Source: Camelus dromedarius (Eukaryota). Taken from it: a DNA stretch of 64,000 nt. Both the position numbers and the translations under genes were made by a program. The notes under the pieces are model-generated. The model was not told the origin of the DNA, did not search any database, and saw only the letters and a list, made by a program, of their open reading frames with translations. The stretch covers positions 42,100,001-42,164,000 of the forward strand of contig NC_087447.1 of the NCBI RefSeq assembly GCF_036321535.1, written 5' to 3'. Below, in pieces: positions 49,854-62,816 of the stretch; positions within the stretch are counted from its first letter, which is position 1; every line of letters starts with the position of its first letter.

Positions 49854-52800
49854 CTAAAAAGGAATGAGGAAAAGTTCCAATGAACCAGTCCAGAATAAGC
49901 AGTATATAAACCAAGTAAAACAGAAAGACAAAGCCTACTACACACTTCCATTTTAACAAGTCCAATTAACTAACAACCATTTCCTAGGTAGTTGCTGAGG
50001 TACCATACTTTCGAAGGCTCAGTTAAGAATGTTATATTTAGCCTGACACTGAAGCAATATCTGTATATCACTCACTTGGCACATAAAAAATTTGGCTTGT
50101 CAAATAGTTATTCTTTCATGTGTACACATTATCTTCTAACTAGACTACCAATCCTGACACAAAGGAGTTGAGAATGTCAATTGCTCAATGTGAGCCATGT
50201 GCAGATAGCTCACCTTTACCTATATGATCAAAGAAGATATTTTCCTTTGGGAAAAACTGTTTCATTGAAATTCTAAAAAGACAGCCCTGCCACTTAGTCA
50301 TTCAATCATGCATTCAACTTTCCCTCAGCGTCTACTATGAGCCAAATATCGTGCTACGAATTAAGGATATAACATGAAGAACTTGGTCCCTGCTCTTAAA
50401 ATATTCACAGTTTATTAGGAAAAACAGATATGCAAATAGACAAATTTTAATATAACACAGTGTATAATCCAATAGTTTTTCATTCATTCAACAGATAAAA
50501 TTTAGATAGTAATTATTATCTCCCAGGGACAATGCAAAGATACTACTAGCCCATATCTCCAAGGAATGCCAAGGCAATTACAACAGAGTGTGCTAAGTAT
50601 TATAACAGAGGTAAGCAGAGGTTTCTGTGGGAACTGAGAAGCCAACCCAATCTTAAGAATTAAGATTTACAGAAAAAGTGACACAACAGAGCTGAGTCGC
50701 TGAAGGACCATCAAGACTCAGTTTGAGAATGGGGTAAAGAACTTTCCAGGTAGAACACAACGTGAGAAAGCCCAGAGGCAGAGACGACCATGGTCAATCT
50801 AGAAGGACCGCAGGAAGATTATACCAGAGTGTGGTATGAGTCAAGGCTCTTTATAAATGCAAATAATAGACACTATCTTGAGTTCCTTTAAACAAATAAG
50901 TTTATTGGAAAAGCAGTGGATAACCTCAAAGATCCAAAACAAGGGAAAAATCTAGGCTCTAAGTCGTTACCAATCAAGGCTAGACAGAACCACAGTTGAA
51001 ACTACTCGTAGGAATAGCAGGTGGAGACATCACTGCCAGTATAACATGAGGCCATCACTGTTGCCACTGACCCTTTACTTGATCCTCTGTGTCACTCTCT
51101 GCAGATTCAAAGTCTCACTGGCTGGGACTGGGTCACATTCCTATGCCCTAGCTGCCAGGGAGCAGGGGAAATGAGTATCTAAACTTCTCGATATCTAAGA
51201 TGTAAGGCAGGTCCTGTCTTCCACCATGATGCTGTGGAATTTCCCAAATATATGAAAGGAGTTCAGATAATGGACAGACAAACAATAACAAATGCCCACT
51301 GCACAGGGCACAGTGAAAAACTAGGCTAGAGAGGGAGGTGAAGACCAGATCATGAAGAGCCTTATAATTCTTGTTAAGGAGTCAGGATTTATCTGTACTG
51401 AAAGAGTGGAAGGGAGCAACATATACAACCTGCAATTAAACACCATATTGGGGACAATATGGAAAATGAACAGGAGGAGGCAGAGGGGGTGACAGGACAG
51501 ACAATATGAGAAAAGCATTTCTTTTTTAAAAGAGATGAACAAAGTACTGTGTGAGCATAAGGAAGACATCACTAGTTGACTGCAGGAGGAAATTTCTCTT
51601 ATTCTCTAGCTAGAACTTGTGGTGGGCAAACCAGTTCCCCAGGAGTAGGAAGATATCCTTTGTGCTCTGCCTTCTGCACCCTGTCTCAATCTGACACCTT
51701 TTGCCAAGTCCCCATCGTACACAAATGATCTTGCGAAGAGAAAGTAACAGCTGCTGCTTCTTTTTCCTTTTCTTTTCATTTCTTTTTTCCTTTAACAACA
51801 TTTATTGGGGACTTAGCATATGCTTGGCATTTTATGTGAGTTTCTCATTTAAACTTTGTATTGGCCCCATAAGGTTAAATACTGTCCCTATTTTACAGAT
51901 CAGGAAATAGAGGTTCAGAAACACTGAGTACCAAAGTTTACATAGCTAGTAAATATCAAAACCAGGCTTTAAATCACAGCTCAAATTCTGTCTCTTTCCA
52001 CTATGCCAAACTGCCTGTAGAACTTACATGGAGGACAACTACCTATGTGATGGAAGTCATCTCTACAGGACTAGTTTCAAAGATCACCACCATCAACTCT
52101 ATCCACTCACACCCCTAAAAAGCACTAAGTGGAAGATATGCCACCCAGGGGAAATGACATGTGCATGAAAGCATACAGCCCTGTCCTGAGGAACAAGAAG
52201 TGATTCTATGTGGATTATGTGGTGAATTAGAGATTTCCTGAGGGGGAGTGGCTAGATATATGGCTAGAAAAGCAAACACAGACAAAAATCATGAAGAGCT
52301 TTATAATTTTAAGAAACAGCCTGTACAAACCCCCCAATTTTAGAGCAAAGAATAAGCGGGTCATCTGCACCCGAGGTTAGAACTTTGCAGAAAAGATGAT
52401 ATTTGAGGCTGACCTTGAAGTATACTGAAGAGTACAAGGAAAGGTATTCCCAAGGACAGGAAAGGAAATGACATGAGCAAAGGCATGGCAGGAGCAGCAC
52501 ACCAACCACATTTGGGAAGAGAGAGAGGATGAAGAGGACAAAAGAAGGGTAGAAAGAAAGATAATTATGTTTAATTATGGGAATCTTCAAGTTCCAGTAA
52601 GACATTTAGATGTAGATGTCCAAAGAGAATCAAAGAAGGAACTGTAACCTAAGAGGAGAGGCAGGTTTGTGAACCAACTGCATGCTGATAATGACAGAAG
52701 CCATGATGGTCAATGAGATCATTGAAAGAAAACACAAAGTGAGAAAAGAGATTCTGTTTTCTCCAAACAGAACCCCAAGGGATTCACACATTTACAAAAC

Positions 52801-52910
52801 GAGAGGAGGAAGAGGAATTACGATGACTGAAGGAACAGTCAGAGTGGTAGAAGAACCACGAAGACATGAAAACTGAGCAAGGAAACAGTAAGAGGAAGGT
52901 CTGATCAATC

Positions 52911-53737
52911 CAGGAGTACCCCCGTCATCCATGGGGATACGTTCCAAGATCCCCCAGTGAACGCCTAAAACCGCAGGTAGTACTGAAACCTACATATACG
53001 TGTTTTTGCCAAGCATATATATCTATGATAAAGTTTAATCTATAAATTAGGCACAGTAAGAGATTAACAACAATAATTAATAATAAAATAGAACAACTGT
53101 AAACAATAGACTGTAATAAAAGGGAGGTGAATGTGGCCTCTCAAAACATCTTATTGTACAAACGTAATGCCTCTTCCATCTTTAGGTACTCATGCACTGT
53201 GACCATAACTTTGCAGTTTGAGGTACAACAGCAAAAACAAGCAAAATTTCTTGTTCCTTCTTCACAATTTCACAGATAGAAGATTCATTCTTATCAATAG
53301 ATCTTAGCAACCTCAGTATATGATTTTTTTCTTTCCTTATTGAGAATTTTCAACTTTTCACTTTAAGGAAGCACTTCATGGCTTCTCTTTAGCCTATTCG
53401 AATTGCCAGCATCACTATTCTTGTGATCTGGGGCCATTTTTAAGTAAAATAAGAGTTACTTGCACACTAACACTGCAATACCACAACAGTCGATCTGATA
53501 ACCCAGACAGCTATAAAGTGACTAATGGGTGTGAAACACTGGACAAAGGGAAGATTCACATCCTCCAGGATGGAGCAGGAAGGTGTGAGATTTCATCATA
53601 CTACTCAGAACATACTACTCACACAATTTAAAACTTATGAATTCTTTATTTCTGGAATTTTTGATTTAATATTTTCAGACCACAGTTGACCACAGGTAAC
53701 TGAAAATGAGGAAACTGCAGATAAGGGGGAACTACTG
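52911..53737 (+). mobile_element. MER44/Tigger7-like TcMar DNA transposon with imperfect TIRs
   Basis: Left end caggagtacccccgtcatcc, right end gcagataagggggaactactg; internal ggatacgttccaagatccccc and ataaattaggcacagtaagagattaacaacaataa. Confidence 0.85.
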
Positions 53738-53944
53738 CAGTGCCAAATGCTAAAGAGAGAAATTCGTCTTCCCAGGAAATAAGTAGTGGCTTTTTTATTC
53801 AAGTTCACTGTGTCATACTTAATTTTAATAAGTTGTTTGTTTAGCTCGTTCCTTCTCTACAATCTAATCTACTAATTCTTCAGTTTAATCATGCTTAAAG
53901 GTAAAAATGTATTAAATGATGGCATTTAAAAAGTACAAAATCAG

Positions 53945-55150
53945 ATCATATATGAAAAGCTCACAGCTAACATCATTCTCAATGACGAAAAACTGAAAGC
54001 TTTTCCTCTAAGATGAGGAACAAGGCAAGGATGCCCGCTCTAGACACTTATATTCAACACAGTTCTCAAAGTCCCAGCCAGAGCATGTAGGCAAGAAAAA
54101 TAAATAAAAAGATTTAAATTGAAAAGAAAGAAGTAAAATGATCTGTTTGAAGATAAAACACTCTTTCTCAAGTAGAAAACTCTAGAGATTCCACGAAAAT
54201 AAAAACAAAAAACCTGTTAGAACTGATACACAAATCAGCAAAGTTACAGAATATAAAATCAATACTCAAAAATCAGTTGTGCTTCTACACACTAACAATT
54301 ACAATCTGAAAAGAAAATAAAGAAAACAATTCCATTTGCAGTAACATCAAAAAGAATAAAATACTCAGGAATAACCTTAACCATGGAGGCAAACGACTTA
54401 GACATTGAAAACTATAAAACATTACTGAAAGAAATTAAGGATGACACAAATAAATTGAAAGACATCCTATGTTCATGGGCTGGAAGACTTAAAATTATTA
54501 AAATGTCCATACTACCCAAGGCAATTTACAGATTCAATGCAATCCCTGTGAAAATCCCAATGGCTTTTTTTGCTGTTGTTGCAGAAACAGAAAACATCAT
54601 CTTAAAGTTCGTTATGGAATCTCAAAGGTCAATGAGTAGTCAAAACAATCTTGGGAAGAACAAAGCTGGAAGCCTTACACTTCCTGATTTCAAAACCTAT
54701 TACAAAGCTACAGTAATCAAAAACAGTATAGTACTGGCATAACGACAGATATATAGACCAGTAAAACAGAATAGAGAGCCCAGAAATAAACCTTCACATA
54801 TTTCATCAAATGATCTTTAATGCCAAGACCACACAATGAGGAAAGGAGAATATCTTCAACAAATGATATTGGGAAAACTGAATATCCACATGCAATAGAA
54901 TGAAGATGGACCCTTACTTACAACATACACCAAATATTAAGTAAAAGTGGAGAAAACATCTAAATGTAAGACTTGAACGTATAAAACTCCTAGAAGAAAA
55001 TATAGGGGAAAGCTTCATGACACTGGAATGGGCAATGATTCCTTGGAAATAATACTAAAACCACAGGCAACAAAAGCAAAAACAGACAAACAAAACTATA
55101 TCAAACTTAAAAACTTCTGCACACACACAAAAAAACAATCAACAGAGTTG
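53945..55150 (+). mobile_element. L1 ORF2 fragment (RT C-terminal part onward), disrupted
   Basis: YEKLTANIILNDEKLKAFPLR*GTRQGCPL; ORF 54383..54742 reads [11 protein letters not shown]...[17 protein letters not shown]...[14 protein letters not shown]. Confidence 0.92.
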
Positions 55151-56384
55151 GACATCTGTGAACCTGTCCTTGCCATCACAGAACTTATACTCCAAGAAGG
55201 TAATAAGGTATCAAACTATACAGCAATAACACAACCAACTACCACCTACATGATGAAAACTGTGGTAAGAAGGAAAAGCACAAGATGCTGTAAGCGAACA
55301 TTACAGGAAGACTGGTTAACCCTGGAGTGGGTGGGGTGCTACCTGGAGAAACATCCCTGAGGAAGTGACAATAAAGCCAAGACCTAAAGGATGAACAGGA
55401 ATTAGCTGCATGTTATGGGTGGAGGAAACCTTACAACAGAGGAAGCAGCATGTTTGAAGGCTCTGTGGCAGGAAGAGCCTTGGTAATCTGAGGAAGACCA
55501 AGGTGGTTGCACTGAAGTGAACAAGAAGGGTAGAGGAGGAAGAGGAGGCTGGAGAGGTTGCAGAGGCCAAATAGAACATGGCCTTGAGTGTCATGAAAAG
55601 GGTGTTAGACTTACCTAGAAACAACAGTAAGCCACTGAAGGGTATGGATTCAATATTTAATGCTAGCTCAATTAAAAATAAATCTGTAAATTGAAATGGT
55701 CTCTAGATTTGTTCTAATTATAAAAGGTCTAGAAATGTACTCCATACTCCATCACATCTACAATTACAAACTGTGCTCCAAAATCCCAGTTTATATCACA
55801 CATATTAAATTGATAGTTTCACATCTAATAATAACGGCTGCTAGTGGGTTCAAGATGTCCAAATGGAAGATAATTTCTTAGAAAGAAATGTGTAGAGTTG
55901 TTCTTACTTTTAACATACAATTGCTTTACACCAAAATTCACACATATAAAGAATAAGACAGTACCTCAATGCTGACTCAAAGTACTAAAAGCATTTATAA
56001 AAGTAAACTCACATATTCTCTAAACTATAATTTTCACACAAACCAGTTCAAGGCTAAAGTTCTTATGGCACAGAGACAGTTCTCAGAAGATGGAGAAATT
56101 GGCTAATTTGATGCTTTAGAAAATGACTGTAGAATCTTCTTTCTCAGAAACCATTCATACTCTTTGATTAATAATTACACTTCAAAAATTATTATAAATC
56201 AATAAAAAATGTTAAAAAAATAATAATTACACTTCAAATAATCTATCCTAACAAGAAAATCAGAGTAAGATAAAGATTTACCTAGGATAATCATTATTTC
56301 ATAAGAGCAGAAAAAAATTAAAATAAAATAAAAGTCGACCAAAACAGGAATGGTTATAAAGTCACGGTACAAAACTATTATACA

Positions 56385-56600
56385 GCCACTTAGCAGCTGG
56401 GTGACCTTAGGCAAGCAATTTAACCCAAGGCCCAGTCTCTTCATCTTTAAAATGGTGGTAATGATGGTACCTAACTCACAGAGTTGACATAAGGACTTAA
56501 TTAGAACACTTATTTAAAACATTTAGCATACTTCAAAAAAAAAAAAAAACCATTTAGTATAGTACCTGATTCACAGCAGATGCTAAATAAATGTTAGCAC
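56385..56600 (+). mobile_element. MIR SINE carrying a micro-insertion
   Basis: ccacttagcagctgggtgaccttaggcaagcaatttaacc...catctttaaaatgg...gtacctaactcacagagttg...aataaatgttagc. Confidence 0.8.
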
Positions 56601-56889
56601 TTTTATCTTTATACTCAAGTTTTCAAAAAAGAATTTAATGACATAGGAAAGGCAATATTAATGTTAAGCATTCAGTACGATCCCAACTTGAAAAATAATA
56701 CATACAAATGTATTTTAGAAAATAAAGACTCAAAGCAAACATATCAAAATGTTGACTTACTGTGTCTAGATGGTAAAGTTACAGGTGATACATAATTTCT
56801 TAATAAGTTTCTTTTTTTCCTTAATTTCAACAATATCCTATGTTACCTTTACAATAAAAAAAGAAACTTTAAAAATAGTATTTTGTATT

Positions 56890-57650
56890 AATTATCAGGG
56901 AGAGGCAAGTCAAAACACAGTAAGATACATATACTTTACACCCATGAAACGGCTATAATCAAAAAAATAAAACAAGTGTTGGTGAGGATATAAAGAAATT
57001 AGAAACCTCATACACTGCTGGTAGAAAAGTAAAATGCACAGTTGCTTTGGAAACCAGTTTGGCAATCCCTCAAAAGGTTAAACACAGAGTTGCCACATGA
57101 CCCAACAATCCTATTCCTAAGTATATACCCAAAAGAACTGAAAATACACAACCACACAAAAACTTGAACATGAATGCACACAGCAGTGAATTCATAATAA
57201 CCAAAAAGTGGAAGAAACTCAAATGTCCATCACCTAACTAATGCACAAACAAAATGTGGTATATCCATAATGGAATACTATTTAGCCATAAAAAAGAACT
57301 GAAGTACTGTTGTGTGCTATAACACAGATGAACCTTGAAAAAATGATGCTATGTGAAAGAAGACAGACACAAAGGACACATACTATATGATTCCAGTCAT
57401 ATTGTATGAGTCCAGAATATGTAAAGCCAGAGAGAGAGAAAGTAGATCAGTAGTTGTCTAGGGCTTGGAGGCGAAAAAAGAGTAAGTGCTCATGGGTATG
57501 TTTTTTGAGGGAGGGTAATGAAAATATTCTAAAATCAACTGTAGTGACAGCTGCACAAAAAAAGTGACTACACTGAAAATGACCAAATTGTACACTTTAA
57601 ATACTTAAATTGTATGGCAATTGAATCATATTTCAATAAAGCTGTTATTT
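56890..57650 (+). mobile_element. Old L1 (L1MB-like) 3' region
   Basis: aaacaagtgttggtgaggat...tttggaaaccagtttggca...aaacaaaatgtggtatatccat...tttcaataaagctgtt. Confidence 0.85.
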
Positions 57651-60549
57651 TTTAAAAATTATTTCTTTAAACTACATCACTGCTGGCCAAAGGCTTCAGT
57701 GACTTAAGTCATCCATAGCTCTCAGTATGAAACCTCTTTATTTTTTTATTTTTTATCTTTTTTAGTATGAAACCTCTTTAATCACTCAGAAGTCTTCAAT
57801 CTTGTGTAACTCACAAACATGATAAAAATGTAGAGTCCAACTTGGCCATTGTGCTAAATTAAAACTATGTAACTTTCAGGCAACAATGAAAGAAAAAATA
57901 ACATAAGCTAAAGGACAGTAAGAATGAACCGTACAAAAGCATGGTTTTGGGGATTTAAGAGCAGACTCACTTTCTATTTTTTTAAATTATTTTTTGTTAA
58001 CCTCTTCCTATTAAATAATAGTTGTTAGGCATACATTTGCTGACATTTTGAGTGCTGAAGGCATATTCATTCCACTACCAGAAATCTAAAAACTCACTTT
58101 ATGGAAGAACTATAACTAACACAGGAACAGTAAGCATCTGATAAGAAAGTATCATGTCCAGCTGAAGAAAAAAGAAGGTAGAGACTGCTAGACTCTAGAG
58201 AAGGAACATTATATTGAATAAAAATGTTTCTTTTTGTGTGTTTTTTGTTTGTGTGTGTGTATATATGTTTCCCTCCACCCCCAAAAGAGAACCAAACAGA
58301 AGGATTATGTTAGAAAGCAGTAGATTCCCCAATTAAGACTTGGTTTTAATCATATAGCCCAGACCAACTTTTAACATACAGAATTAGGGGGAAAACTGAC
58401 AATGATTTGGACCAAAAAGCCTAACAGGCATTAAATCTCATGAAAGATTTATACTGCTTCATAAACATGTTGAAGCAAAACTAGTTTTCAATGTAGTCTA
58501 CTGGGGCTCAATAGTAAAAAGGTAACAATATACCACCACTTTCTTCAATTATTCACCATCAGATAATCCAGGCATAATGTCTCTTTCCCCAAAAGAAGTG
58601 GAAAAGGCTCACAAAATATTCTTGCTAAATGTTTGTAGAATTCCATTCTTTACTAAGAAGGAATTTAACAAACAAGCAAAAAAAAAAGTTAACACTCAGC
58701 AGAGGCAAAATATTTGATACAAGAACAATAGGCAAATTAATCATCTGAAGTCTCAGGAAAGCTGAAAATAAATCCTATCAGTGTGAAGATCAACAGGAAT
58801 GATTCTCTCTGAAGAAGCAAATATAGAAACCAAATGGAAAAAAATTATTTTTACAAAGCAAGTTTCATTATAATTTATCTCTTGGTCCCAATCCCAACTC
58901 TTCTAGGCAAAGGCAGAAAACCTCTCAAACAACCTGGGGGGAAAATGACCAAAATGAACATTCAGGAACACTAGATACTAATTAAGAGAAAAGAATCACC
59001 TTAAAACACTTGAGAAAGAAGCTAAGGCAACTAGACAGAGGCTGAGATAGTCTGAGATGGTCAGAATGGCTTTTAAGCCACTCCATCCCTTCCCTCACCA
59101 TGCCACCCCTGCCCCTACACACGCACTAACTGGAAAAACATAGTAATTTTGGAAGGGAGTAATTAATCCCTCAATAGTACACACAATTAAAAAAACACTG
59201 GGCTAGAAGATAAACAGCTTAGGTTCAAAATCTACTCCTTATTAGCTAGGCAACCTTACACTGTTTCCTCCTGAGTTAGCATAAGAATTCCAGTTACACA
59301 TTGCAAAATAAACATGAGGATCAAATCAGACAGTACATAAAACCACATCATGCAAATGTCTCATCATTATTTCATGTTTTTTTGTTTTCTTTGCATAACT
59401 GATGACAATCTTTAAGTTTTATGCTAACATTCTTCAGTCGCTATTGGCATTTTTTTAACCAACTTTCAAAACAAGTCACTAATCTTTGCTCAATTTAAAC
59501 CCACACCACGGAAATCTTGGCTGCTTTATTTGGATTGAAGGACTGGCAAAATTCCACTCCAGGTGGCTAAGCAATAATAAACAAGGGCTCACTGTTTCAT
59601 CACATCCTCACTCACTCCGTGAATAAGTTTTTCTCTAAATTTAGTGGCTAATTTCGGACTTTTAAAATACCACTCTATTTTCTTCCCCAGCTACAAAACT
59701 TTTGAATATCAAAATACAAAAACAAAGAACATTTTAAAACTTTAAAATTCAAGATGTTTAAAGAAAGTTACATCCAGGAGAACAAAATGCAGCATTAGGG
59801 TACAGCACCTTCAAGATATTAAAACGTGTTTGTCTATCCACACTAGCCCAGCCCACACAAATTCTTGCACTGGAAAACAAAGCAATTTCTAGATTTCTCA
59901 GAATTTCTCAGCATGCTCTATATATTTTAATAACAGACATAATTCTGCTTACTGTCTTTAATTTTTAAGATTAAACACATGCCCATAGGAGGTCATCAAA
60001 TATTTGCTGAATATAAGACATATTTACTGGACAAATTGTTTTTGTTTTTTATTTTAAATTTTTTAAAAAGTAAAAATGCGATGAGGTCATAGTGTCTGTT
60101 TTAAACATATTTTTATATTTTAAAAGTAGCAAAGACAACAAATTTTTGTTTTTATTGATTTAAAGTCCACGATGCCCGAGTGCTAACACACACTTTAGAG
60201 GGAAAAATTAGGGAACTAGGCTTTGTCCTAGAGGCACAGAGAAAAGGAGTCCTTTGGGTTTGATGGTCCAATGCAAACTGACTGCCTTGTTTCCAGGTCA
60301 CAGGGCTTAAACTGGATTAAAACAGGTGTTGGAAGGGAAAAGGGGAGATAAACCTAATTTTGACCCCTTCTTTGGGGTCTGGGCATGCATCGTATCCTAA
60401 CCAGTTGTCTCAGGGGTTATTAATGGAGTGTAAATGGTTGTATTCAAAACCTCTCGACTTTTATTTAAATTAACGCAGAAATATCAAATGGTAAATTCAA
60501 GGATTCTGAAGCTGCTGTAACTATTCATGGCTAAGAGAACTTCTTTAAA

Positions 60550-60975
60550 ACAGAGAAAGACAAATACTGTTATGTTCTCACTTATATGTAGGATAGTGAA
60601 GAATGAACCCAGAGAAATAAGAGAGTAGAATGGTCAGAGGCTAGGGTGGGGCTGAGGGAGGGAAAATGGGGAGATGTTGGTCAAAGGGTACAAATTTCCA
60701 GCTTTAAGATCAATATGGGGATCTAGAGCATGGCATTGTGACAATAATTAACAATACTGCATTATACACTTGAAAGTTGTTAAGAGAGTAGGTCTCCAAA
60801 GTTACCACCACGGAAGAAAAAAAAGGTAATTATGGGAGGTGATGTTAACACAACTAACCTTATTGTGGTAATCATTTCGCAGTATACACATTATAATCAT
60901 CAAGTTGTATACCTTAAACTTACATAGGTTAGGCGTCAATAATATCTCAACAAAGCTGGGGAAAATTTTTCTAAA
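60550..60975 (+). mobile_element. L1 (L1MA-like) 3' end
   Basis: cagagaaagacaaatactg...ggggagatgttggtcaaagggtacaaa...gtataccttaaacttac...atatctcaacaaagctgg. Confidence 0.85.
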
Positions 60976-61159
60976 TAAAAAGAATTTCTTCACAAACAAA
61001 ATAAAGACATATTTACTTATAATACAACTATAGAACACAAATGAGCTACCTGATCAATGAATAGAACAGCAGCCCCTAAAAGCTCCAGAAGATAGTACAG
61101 CATCATACTATGAAATTCTGAAATCTCACACATCAGCTTCTGTATAATTTGATTAAATC

Positions 61160-61420
61160 CTTTTATCATGATATAATTCACATACCATAAAATTCACCCC
61201 TAGTGGGTTTTAGTAAATTCACAAGGCTTTGCAACCATCATCACTATCTACCTCTAGAACATTTTCAGCACCCCAAAAAGAAATCCCAAACCCATCAACA
61301 GTCACTCACCATTCTCACTTCCCCTCAGCCTCTGGCAACTACTACTCTACTTTGTAATTCCATTTGCCTATTTTGGACATTTCACATAAATGGGACCATA
61401 CAATATGTGGCTTTTGAGAG
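61160..61420 (-). mobile_element. L1 3' fragment, antisense to the plus strand
   Basis: gatataattcacataccataaaattcacc...tgcaaccatcatcactatc...ggacatttcacataaatgg. Confidence 0.75.
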
Positions 61421-62675
61421 TTTGCTGATGGTGCGGTATCATTCTCTGCAATTTTTTCTAATTTAAAGCATGATCAAGGCAATGTTATCATCTCTGCAGG
61501 GAAAACACTTAAAAATATACATATATATATAACATATATACATAAGCAAATAAAAAGCAGAAAATTTATTGTGAAGCTGATATGGAATAATAGGTATAGG
61601 TACAAAGAATACTACCTAAATGAACACACTGTAATTTTGACAATTTTGCTACAAAATTTCCGAAAAATATGTGATTTTTAAAAAGAATGTTGACCAACCA
61701 CCAACTTAATTATTATGAATTTTAATTACTGTACTTTGCTATTATAAAAAGATACTTAACTATAAAAAGAATTTATACATATAAATAGCAATAAAATTTT
61801 TTTTAATTCATAGAAAAATATGTTAATTGTTATGGTATTTAGGTAATTACAAAATAGACTTTTTAAATGTACTTTATTTTTAATTTAAAAGTATTATCAC
61901 AGTCACTTTATGAAAAGCATTTTTGAAATAAAACCAAAAATTTCATGCTTGGTGTTATAAATAAGCAAAGAATTCCCAACCCTTCACATGCATATATGCA
62001 CATTCTTAGATTACTTTCATATTTAAACTAAAGATACATGATATGGAAAGATGACACTAAATGTACTAAATGTACCGTCAGTTTAGATTTTTTTTAAAAA
62101 GGACATTAAATTCAACACTTTAATATGTCAATTTTAAATTATCCAAACCAAGGGAGAAACTGAACCCGGCAGCAAATGCCAATAGGTTATATTTGGCTTC
62201 CAAACACATCATAGGTTTTTGCAGCATCTTTACTCATCCATACCCCAGAGGAAACACCCAAGCAGTACCTGGAAAAGTCTAGGATGAAAACTTTGCTTCA
62301 TAAGACCTATATAGTAAAGATAATTAACATCCCATTTTACTTCATCATACCCATGCTTTAATAGTCATTGCTAGTACATGTGGAACCAGAATCTAAAAAG
62401 AAAAAAATCTCCCTGAGTAAAGACAGGTACAGATTAATACAAAATACAGTCCTTAATTTTAAAAAATAAGCCAAGTTATAAAAATATCAAACCAAGTTTT
62501 AGAAGGTGGTAGAGGAGAGGGAGAAGTAGTAAGCACTGTCATCAGTCTCTCATTCTTTCTTTCCCTTCTGATCTAATCTCATGATGCTTCACATCTAAAC
62601 TCCTTAATGAACTCCCTATTAGGGGCTGTGGAAATGTGCAAACCAAACAACACAGTAACACAATCAGAATCATAC

Positions 62676-62816
62676 CTTTTCCAAAATGAACTTGTTTAAA
62701 TACGGCATGTAGCCCTGATTGGAGACAGGCCCCTCATCATCATCCCTGAAGTGCTCTTCAAGGGCAACAGGGTCATGTGGAACCTTCAGCACCGTGCACA
62801 GGTTATGGGAAAGGAC
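62676..62816 (-). CDS. SWAP70: SWAP70 exon 2 (141 nt); exon 1 lies beyond the window
   Basis: [47 protein letters not shown]; tag| and |gtatga. Exons 2-12 sum to 1659 nt in frame. Confidence 0.97.
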
